A stretch of 64,000 nt of DNA from Candidatus Omnitrophota bacterium (GTDB lineage Bacteria > Omnitrophota > Gorgyraeia > Zapsychrales > Aceulaceae): contig JAKQPK010000013.1 of the NCBI GenBank assembly GCA_029564765.1, forward strand, positions 125,753 through 189,752. Direction: 5' to 3'. The notes under the pieces were generated by a model, which saw only the letters and a program-made list of their open reading frames with translations, ran no database searches and had not been told where the DNA came from. The translations under genes and the position numbers were made by a program. This document shows positions 57,929-64,000 of this stretch, piece after piece. Within the stretch, counting starts at the first letter, position 1, and every line of letters starts with the position of its first letter.

Positions 57929-59473
57929 ATGAAAAGGCGAACATTTTCTTCTATGCTCTCATCATCATTTTTTCTCTACGTCCTGTCAGCTGTTTTACTT
58001 ATCCTGTCTTTTCCGCGTTTTAATTTCTGGCCTTTAGCCTGGGTCGCCTTAGTCCCTTTGATGTTCGCTTTGGACGGTCGAGGACGGGGTATGTCATTTC
58101 GCATCGGCTATCTTTGCGGGATCCTTTTTTTTGGCGCGATGCTTCTGTGGCTCTGTTTTGTGACATGCCTTGGAACAGTTCTTTTCGTCCTTTATTTAGC
58201 GCTGTATTTTGGGCTCTTTAGCTTAGGTTACCATTATTGTTCACGCACGCATTTTTCAGCGCGGCTTATTTTGATTCCTTGCTTGTGGGTGGCCTTAGAA
58301 TACGCGCGCGCTCAGGTGCTCACGGGATTTGGATGGGTCCTTTTAGGGCACACACAATCTTCCAACCTTGCTATGATCCAGATCGCGGATACCGTTGGTG
58401 TCTATGGTATCTCGTTTTTGATCGTGATGGTCAATGTGTGGGTCAAAGAGGGCTGGTCACGCGCGGCAGAGCGCCGATCATATGATCGATTATTTCTTGC
58501 TGCCAGCGCGTTCGTTATTTTATTATTAGCTATAAGCTATGTGTATGGCGTGTTCCAGCTAAGAAAAGAATATCAAGGGCCTTCATTGAGGGTTGGATTG
58601 GCCCAGGGTAACATTTCTCTTGAAAAGCGTTGGCATCCCAAGGCTTGGCCTCTGATCCTCAAAGATCATCTTGATCTTTCAGAAAGGTTGGCTGATCAGG
58701 GAGCAGATCTGATCGTTTGGCCTGAATCCGCGTACCCTGGTTATCCCTGGGAAGATCCAAAGCTTTTCGAGGCGCTGCAGGATTCTATCCGTCAGCAAGG
58801 CGTAGCGCACTTGATCGGTGTCGTTACAAAGGAGGGCGCGGATTATTTTAACGCGGCGATCGCCTTTGATCCTCAAGGGCGCATCGTTGATAGCTATCAT
58901 AAAATGCGTCTTGTTCCTTTCGGAGAATTTATCCCGCTGCGCGAACGATTACCTTTTTTATCTCAGATCGTGCCGATCGATGATTTTACTCCCGGCCAGG
59001 AGTTCGTTGTTCTCGAGGCTTTGGATGGACAAAAGAAAGCAAAGTATCTTTATTCTGTTTTGATCTGTTTTGAGGACACTGTGCCGGATGTGGCGCGAAA
59101 TTTTGTGCGTAAGGGTGCTCATTTTCTGGTCAATATCAGCAATGACGCCTGGTTCGGGGATACCCGGGAGCCATGGTTGCATTTGCAGAATGCTGTCTTC
59201 CGCAGCATTGAGAATCGAAGGTTCTTGGTGCGCTGCGGCAATGTCGGTATTAGCTGTCTTGTGGACCCTTGGGGCCGCGTCACATCAGCGGTTGCGGATT
59301 CCGCGGGCAAAATGACCTACGTGCCAGGCGTGAGCGTCGCGGATGTTGGCGTGCTCAGATCCCAGACGCTGTACACAAAGTTTGGAGATTGGTTTGCATA
59401 TTTTTGTATAAGCGGTATACTAATGTGGATAGTCACGGTTATTCTCCGATATCAAAAGAAAAAGAATGCGTAA
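57929..59473 (+). CDS. lnt: apolipoprotein N-acyltransferase
   Basis: An N-terminal polytopic membrane domain is followed by a CN-hydrolase domain with the catalytic E-K-C triad region ('WPESAYPG', 'CFEDTVPD'). Confidence 0.8.
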   Translation: MKRRTFSSMLSSSFFLYVLSAVLLILSFPRFNFWPLAWVALVPLMFALDGRGRGMSFRIGYLCGILFFGAMLLWLCFVTCLGTVLFVLYLALYFGLFSLGYHYCSRTHFSARLILIPCLWVALEYARAQVLTGFGWVLLGHTQSSNLAMIQIADTVGVYGISFLIVMVNVWVKEGWSRAAERRSYDRLFLAASAFVILLLAISYVYGVFQLRKEYQGPSLRVGLAQGNISLEKRWHPKAWPLILKDHLDLSERLADQGADLIVWPESAYPGYPWEDPKLFEALQDSIRQQGVAHLIGVVTKEGADYFNAAIAFDPQGRIVDSYHKMRLVPFGEFIPLRERLPFLSQIVPIDDFTPGQEFVVLEALDGQKKAKYLYSVLICFEDTVPDVARNFVRKGAHFLVNISNDAWFGDTREPWLHLQNAVFRSIENRRFLVRCGNVGISCLVDPWGRVTSAVADSAGKMTYVPGVSVADVGVLRSQTLYTKFGDWFAYFCISGILMWIVTVILRYQKKKNA

Positions 59474-59882
59474 GAATTCCCTGGTGTTAGTTATTCTTTT
59501 CTGGTGTGAGATCATTTTCGCGGCACGGATCCTGGCCGGCGCGCTTGGGTTTTGGTGGGCGCGCAGTGTTGGTGTTGAGCATCTAGCTTTTGCGCCGGAT
59601 GCTGTTACGCTGACCCTTGTTAGCTTGTTGGCCGCTCTTTATTTTTTGGCAGGATCCGCGGGCCTGCAAGGGCGAGCGGCGGTCCGTTTTCTTCATGTAG
59701 CAGCGGCTTTGGCCACGCTGGTGGTCTGTTCGCGCTGGCTTTCCGTGAGCATCATGAACAATAGGTCTGTGAATATCTTTTCTTTAGCCTTTATTTTTTA
59801 TTCTTTGTGGGCCATTTATTTTTTCACTTTCCGGCCCTTAAAAGGGATGTCCGTTAACCAAGGAGCAAGAGAACATGCCTAA
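59466..59882 (+). CDS. hypothetical four-TM membrane protein
   Basis: Four hydrophobic segments. It overlaps lnt by 8 nt and the following REC gene by 8 nt. Confidence 0.35.
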   Translation: MRKNSLVLVILFWCEIIFAARILAGALGFWWARSVGVEHLAFAPDAVTLTLVSLLAALYFLAGSAGLQGRAAVRFLHVAAALATLVVCSRWLSVSIMNNRSVNIFSLAFIFYSLWAIYFFTFRPLKGMSVNQGAREHA

Positions 59883-60246
59883 AACAATTTTGGTTGTTGA
59901 CGATGATAAGGGTTTGATCAAGATGCTGGAAACAGGCCTTGGCGCTAAAGGGTATACTGTCTTGGCTGCCAATACAGGAGAAGGTGGTTTGCAGATCGCC
60001 CAGAACAAAGCCGTGGATTTGATCCTGCTGGATGTGATCTTGCCGGGCGTCAAGGGCCGGCAGGTGTGCGCGACGCTGAAAGCAAACCCCGCGACCAAGG
60101 ATATTCCGGTCGTTTTTCTGACATCAAAGAATTCTCCGGATGACGTAAAGGCTGAGTTAGCGGCTGGAGCGATTGCGCATATTACAAAGCCGGTGGACCT
60201 AAACGAACTTTTTAAGAAACTGGAAGAAGTGCTTCCGGCGAAATAA
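59875..60246 (+). CDS. single-domain response regulator (CheY-like receiver)
   Basis: 'ILVVDDD' (acidic pocket), the phospho-acceptor 'LILLDVILPGVKG', 'VVFLTSK' and 'HITKP' make up a complete REC domain. There is no output domain. Confidence 0.8.
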   Translation: MPKTILVVDDDKGLIKMLETGLGAKGYTVLAANTGEGGLQIAQNKAVDLILLDVILPGVKGRQVCATLKANPATKDIPVVFLTSKNSPDDVKAELAAGAIAHITKPVDLNELFKKLEEVLPAK

Positions 60247-60263
60247 TAAATTGAGGTATTTGT

Positions 60264-60746
60264 ATGGAGATCCAAGCGGTCAATGTTCAAAAGCCTGATG
60301 ATGTGAACGTGATCATCGGGCAGGCGCATTTTATCAAGACAGTTGAAGACCTTTATGAGGCGATCATCGCAGCGGCGGCGGGAATACAATTCGGGATCGC
60401 GTTTTGTGAGGCTTCGGGCGCGTGCAAGATCCGCGTCGAAGGGAATAATGACGCCTTAAAGAAGGTCGCCGCTGATAACGCGCTTGCGATCGGAGCTGGA
60501 CACAGCTTTGTGGTGGCCTTAACCCAAGGATTTCCTATTAATATTTTAAACCAGATCAAAAATCTGCAGGAAGTTTGCACCATCTTTGCCGCGACCGCCA
60601 ATCCACTACAAGTGATCGTTGCTGATAACGGTAGCGGCCGGGGGATCCTAGGTGTCATCGACGGCTTGAAGCCTCAAGGTGTGGAGGGGCCTCAGGACGC
60701 GCAGTGGAGGCATGATCTTCTGCGCAAGATCGGCTATAAAAGATAA
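60264..60746 (+). CDS. PF04008-like ('adenosine-specific kinase' family) protein
   Basis: By my recollection of the mainly archaeal family, it is collinear ('VNVIIGQAHFIKTVEDL', 'GIAFCEASG', 'GAGHSFVV', 'ATANPLQVIVAD', 'GRGILGVIDG'). The assignment is from memory only. Confidence 0.4.
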   Translation: MEIQAVNVQKPDDVNVIIGQAHFIKTVEDLYEAIIAAAAGIQFGIAFCEASGACKIRVEGNNDALKKVAADNALAIGAGHSFVVALTQGFPINILNQIKNLQEVCTIFAATANPLQVIVADNGSGRGILGVIDGLKPQGVEGPQDAQWRHDLLRKIGYKR

Positions 60747-60751
60747 TATCC

Positions 60752-61684
60752 ATGACTATTAACGAACGTATCAAGATGTTTAAGCGGGCGATAGCCCGTC
60801 AAGGGCTTTACGCGACAACTTTTGTTTTAACGCGCCTTCCGTATCCTTTTGTTCGGGTAATGACACGATGGTTCATCGCTCTGGGTTTTTTGTTCGTTGT
60901 GCGGCAGAAACAGATCGCCCGAGAAAGTTTAACGATCGCTTTTGGCCAGGAAAAGAGCCCGCAGCAAATAAAGTCGATCTTAAGGGAATGCTTCTCGAAT
61001 CTGGGTAAGGGCATGATCGAGCTGATCTATTTCATGGCGCACCCTGAGCTGATCACGCGTAATGTTGCGATCGAAGGAAAACATTATTTAGACGAAGCTT
61101 TCGCGCAAGGCAAAGGTGTTGTGGCCGTGAGCGCGCATTTTGGTAATTTTCCTTTGATGTTGTTATATCTGGCGCAGAGCGGTTACGGCACGCACGCGAT
61201 CATCCGCCAGACGCGGGATGAAAAGATCGAGAAATATTTTCAGAACCTGCGCAGCTCACTGGGGCTTCACACGATCTACAGTCACCCTAGGCAAGAATGC
61301 GTTTTGCAGTCGATCAAGGCCCTGCGCGGCAATGAACTTGTTTTTATTCCATTAGATCAGAACTTTGGGACGGGTGCGGGGGTTTTTGTTAATTTTTTTG
61401 GCCAGAAAGCCGCGACAGCCACGGGGCCGGTCGTCTTTGCTTTGCGCACAGGCTCTCCGATCGTGCCGATGTTCATTGTCCGAGAGAAGGACGACACCCA
61501 CAGGCTCATCATTGATGCGCCGTTGACCATTGAAAAACAAGTTGATGAAAAGCAAACGATAGCGCATAATGTTGCGCGTATCACACAGGTGATCGAGCGG
61601 TATATTCGTCAGTATCCTCAGGAATGGGGCTGGATGCATCGGCGATGGAAGAGCCGCCCGTCAGGAGAGAATACGCATGAATAA
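60752..61684 (+). CDS. lipid A biosynthesis acyltransferase of the LpxL/HtrB family
   Basis: An N-terminal TM anchor. The HX4D-like acyltransferase region 'VSAHFGNFP', 'DQNFG' and 'FGQKAATATGP' resemble LpxL/LpxM. Confidence 0.65.
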   Translation: MTINERIKMFKRAIARQGLYATTFVLTRLPYPFVRVMTRWFIALGFLFVVRQKQIARESLTIAFGQEKSPQQIKSILRECFSNLGKGMIELIYFMAHPELITRNVAIEGKHYLDEAFAQGKGVVAVSAHFGNFPLMLLYLAQSGYGTHAIIRQTRDEKIEKYFQNLRSSLGLHTIYSHPRQECVLQSIKALRGNELVFIPLDQNFGTGAGVFVNFFGQKAATATGPVVFALRTGSPIVPMFIVREKDDTHRLIIDAPLTIEKQVDEKQTIAHNVARITQVIERYIRQYPQEWGWMHRRWKSRPSGENTHE

Positions 61685-61838
61685 GATCTTATTGGGTTTG
61701 GCTGGATTAGCTGTCCTTATATTCGGCTTGGTGTTGATCGTTAAATTTTGGCCGCAGACCGTTATGCTATTTCAGGCTGTGGTTGGTATATTGGTCGCGA
61801 TCATTGGTCTTGTTATGATGTCGGTCGCGCGCGATTAA
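61677..61838 (+). CDS. small two-TM membrane protein of 53 aa (not in the ORF track)
   Basis: ATG at 61677 overlaps the stop of the LpxL-family gene. It translates as 'MNKILLGLAGLAVLIFGLVLIVKFWPQTVMLFQAVVGILVAIIGLVMMSVARD'. Confidence 0.35.
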   Translation: MNKILLGLAGLAVLIFGLVLIVKFWPQTVMLFQAVVGILVAIIGLVMMSVARD

Positions 61839-61875
61839 TTGAACATTGATCATTATTAATCATAAGGAGACAAAG

Positions 61876-61959
61876 ATGGGAAAAAGACAAAGACGTGGAA
61901 AATTAGCTTGGCGTTCTAAGAAAGCCCGCCATGGCAAAAGCCCTTCCAAGGGGCATTAA
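61876..61959 (+). CDS. 27-aa highly basic peptide, possibly a bTHX-like small ribosomal protein
   Basis: The RBS 'AAGGAGA' sits 8 nt before the ATG. It translates as 'MGKRQRRGKLAWRSKKARHGKSPSKGH'. It resembles Thermus ribosomal protein Thx ('GKGDRRTRRGKIWRG..GK') in length and in the GK/RR/RGK/W pattern. Confidence 0.3.
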   Translation: MGKRQRRGKLAWRSKKARHGKSPSKGH

Positions 61960-62131
61960 AGACCGTTTTTAGGTTGCGCGTTCTAGCTGGGAGAGCATAA
62001 TAAATATTTATGATCTTCCAGAAAGAACAAAAAGATAATGCTACAATATTTTCTGCTTGCATGATAGCAGTGCGCAGGCAATATCATCCAGATGAATTCA
62101 GTTGAATCTGCAAGATCGTCAGGGAGGGCGT

Positions 62132-62533
62132 ATGGATCGAAAAAAGAAAATGAGAAGCATTTTAGGAGCCATTGTTCTTGGGCTTTTTTGCCTGGGGACA
62201 ACAGGGTGCATCTATCTGGTCGCGGGAAGCGTGGGGGCCTTGGGCGGTTATGCCGTTAGCCCTGATACGGTCGAAGGCGAATCAGAATCTGATTATGAAA
62301 CCCTTTGGGACGCGGCTAATGAAGTGATCGGGATCATGGGGACCGTGAACCGTAAAGATTATAAGATGGGAACGATCGACGGGACCATCAGCAGCGCGCG
62401 GATCAGTGTTGACATGTCGCAGATCTCCTCAACCCAAGTCCGCTTGCGCGTCAAGGCGCGGAAAAACATGCTTCCGAACATTAAGATCGCTCAGGATGTG
62501 TTCGTGAAGATCAAGAACAGGGCAAGCCAGTAG
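62132..62533 (+). CDS. hypothetical lipoprotein
   Basis: An RBS 'AGGGAGGG' precedes the ATG at 62132. The signal peptide has the lipobox 'LGTTGC'. Confidence 0.45.
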   Translation: MDRKKKMRSILGAIVLGLFCLGTTGCIYLVAGSVGALGGYAVSPDTVEGESESDYETLWDAANEVIGIMGTVNRKDYKMGTIDGTISSARISVDMSQISSTQVRLRVKARKNMLPNIKIAQDVFVKIKNRASQ

Positions 62534-62568
62534 GGTTGTTATTCTTCAAGAAAGCTTTGATCCAGCCG

Positions 62569-62596
62569 TTGACAAGTTAAGTAACTTTGGTACAAT
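62569..62596 (+). promoter_or_regulatory. strong sigma70-type promoter (TTGACA, 16 nt spacer, TACAAT) for tRNA-Phe
   Basis: -35 at 62569-62574 and -10 at 62591-62596. The tRNA starts 33 nt downstream of the -10. Confidence 0.55.
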
Positions 62597-62628
62597 GGGT
62601 ACTTTAATAACGGATCTGTATCGTGATT

Positions 62629-62701
62629 GCCGAGGTAGCTCAGTTGGTAGAGCGAAGGCCTGAAAAGCCTTGCGTCCCCAGTTCAATTCTGGGCCTCGGC
62701 A
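62629..62701 (+). tRNA. tRNA-Phe (anticodon GAA)
   Basis: Manual cloverleaf: 7-bp acceptor GCCGAGG/CCTCGGC, D-arm GCTC-AGTTGGTAG-AGC, anticodon stem AAGGC/GCCTT with loop CTGAAAA, T-arm CCCAG-TTCAATT-CTGGG. The CCA end is not encoded. Confidence 0.85.
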
Positions 62702-62917
62702 TTTAATTTCCTTAGTGCGCGATCAGGCGAGATTAAAAGCCGTGCCATCGACCTTGGATAAAAGCTGAGGAAAGACGGCTCGGCACTTTTTCTTTAATGA
62801 AGGGTTTAGGGAGAAAAGCGCCGTGCAGTTTACCATAATTTAGGCTTGGGGAAACAGCTCGGCACTTTTTATTTTTGGTATTTTTCTTTTAAAAGTGATC
62901 AAAAAAAAGGGGATAAC

Positions 62918-63376
62918 ATGATCAAGCGTATGGGTCGATCGTTGGTCGGATGTGGAATCATGCTGCTATGCTCGCTCTGCGCTTTCGCGCAAAACGATGT
63001 GTTCGAAGACCTGCGCGGCCATTGGATCGTTGATATGGAAAAAACATTGGAATTGGTCAAGACCAGTCCGAAATACAGGCCAGAGGAAGAAGAGCGCATG
63101 CCCCAGATGATCAGGGCCATCATGGAGCGCATGTCTATCGAGGTCCAGGACAATAAGATCCTTTATTATCGAGGGATGTCAAAGGCAGAATCCGCAATGG
63201 TAACACCTTTTGAGGTGGACTCTGTCGACGGGAATGCGGTTCGATTAAGATGTGTAGATCCTTCCGGCCAGGATGTTTTTCTGACGTTGACATTGTTAAG
63301 CCCTGGACAGATGAATTTTAAGTCAAGCCAAACGAATGATTTTGATTATTATATCTGGAAAAAGGCGGAAGAATAA
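62918..63376 (+). CDS. hypothetical secreted protein/lipoprotein
   Basis: The ATG at 62918 is preceded by a purine-rich 'AAAAAAGGGGATAAC'. Signal peptide 'LVGCGIMLLCSLCAFA'. The earlier Met at 62846 is less plausible. Confidence 0.45.
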   Translation: MIKRMGRSLVGCGIMLLCSLCAFAQNDVFEDLRGHWIVDMEKTLELVKTSPKYRPEEEERMPQMIRAIMERMSIEVQDNKILYYRGMSKAESAMVTPFEVDSVDGNAVRLRCVDPSGQDVFLTLTLLSPGQMNFKSSQTNDFDYYIWKKAEE

Positions 63377-63407
63377 CGGCTTGTGCTAAGAGATTGAAAG
63401 GTAATTC

Positions 63408-63760
63408 GCTGGCGCCCCGAATTCTTCTGGAAAGAAAATAAGGAAATTCGGGACTGGCAAGCTTTTCAGAATTAATTGCGTGAATTGCTGGCGTGCCGAC
63501 TTTCTGAAGAAAAAGTGGAAGTACTTTTGCTGGCGCCCCGCACTTTTCTGGGAAAAATTTAGTAGTCGTGCGGGACTTGCAAATCTTTCTAGGCAAAAGA
63601 TTTTTGTAAATTTGCTGGCGTAGCTCAGTTGGCACCGACTTTTCCGAAAAAGATTTAGAAGGAAGTCGGCGCGCCAACTACTTCTCTGAAAAAAGAATTT
63701 AGGAAGAGTTGGCGTAGAGCAGCGCTTAAATAGCTTATACCGTAATTAGTCTGTAGTGGG
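63408..63760 (+). repeat. array of about five degenerate repeat units, each a tRNA-Thr 5' fragment ('GCTGGCG...') followed by a hairpin with a 'TTCTGR-AAAG' motif
   Basis: Units start at 63408, 63487, 63529, 63614 and about 63709. Unit 4 reproduces the first 19 nt of tRNA-Thr (GCTGGCGTAGCTCAGTTGG). Unit 5 is an internally deleted copy (GGCGTAG/AGAGCAGCGC). Each unit holds an 7-8 bp hairpin, e.g. CCCGAATT/AATTCGGG, CCCGCAC/GTGCGGG, CCGACTT/AAGTCGG. Confidence 0.6.
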
Positions 63761-63767
63761 TTATCAC

Positions 63768-63840
63768 GCTGGCGTAGCTCAGTTGGTAGAGCAGCGCATT
63801 CGTAATGCGCGGGTCGGGGGTTCGATTCCTCTCGCCAGCT
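63768..63840 (+). tRNA. tRNA-Thr (anticodon CGT)
   Basis: Manual cloverleaf: acceptor GCTGGCG/CGCCAGC, D-arm GCTC-AGTTGGTAG-AGC, anticodon stem GCGCA/TGCGC with loop TTCGTAA, T-arm GGGGG-TTCGATT-CCTCT (two G-U pairs), discriminator T. Confidence 0.8.
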
Positions 63841-64000
63841 TAATTTGCGCTTAGGGTTGACAACGGTAAGTGTCGGGGGTCATCGTCTTTTCTAGCTGAA
63901 AGATTAGGATGAAGACGATGCGTCAGTTTCCGCCCGAAAAGAACTTGCGGAAAAACTGACGTCTCCCCGCTTCTTCTGGGTTTAAAGAGGAAGGATAGCG

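Noticed and set aside
59838-60389. 183-aa minus-strand ORF overlapping the REC and PF04008-like genes
   Set aside because: The forward-frame REC domain is unambiguous, and the minus-strand ORF has no recognisable features.
63380-63960. Possible CRISPR array, suggested by regularly recurring 'GCTGGCG...' units and hairpins
   Set aside because: The units are not identical and their spacing is irregular (42-95 bp). The repeats derive from the adjacent tRNA-Thr 5' end, and no cas genes are present. They are reported as a tRNA-associated repeat array instead.

Overview
The window reads as a gene-dense chromosomal segment of a diderm (Gram-negative-type) bacterium, probably from an uncultivated lineage. 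It encodes BamD-like, LptE-like, Lnt, LpxL-family and MurJ proteins plus SecA. Housekeeping genes are recognisable by conserved motifs: purH, folC, mnmE, mnmG, thiE, leuS, rpsT, prfB with the classical +1 frameshift site, secA, murJ, lnt, pilT, a short uvrC, comEA/comEC, and tRNA-Phe and tRNA-Thr. Four things stand out. (1) A candidate beta-glucan/cellodextrin utilisation locus at about 6.4-22.4 kb. It holds two stand-alone PilZ proteins, a GH94 cellobiose-phosphorylase-like enzyme, a 966-aa TPR plus beta-barrel outer-membrane protein, an ATPase-less sugar ABC importer, a secreted clan GH-A hydrolase, two further secreted proteins and a LacI regulator. An unannotated ~130-aa helical domain occurs three times across two of these genes. 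(2) A single 757-aa ORF that fuses an FMN-binding domain and a NosR/NapH-like CxxxCP membrane module to an AmmeMemoRadiSam/PflX-type radical SAM enzyme. I regard this as the most novel element. (3) A hemerythrin gene inserted just after leuS and bracketed by a 64-bp direct duplication of the leuS 3' end. (4) An array of degenerate tRNA-Thr 5'-fragment plus hairpin repeats in front of tRNA-Thr. No CRISPR array, transposase or rRNA was seen. All calls rest on motif recognition by eye and the supplied ORF track; no database search was run.
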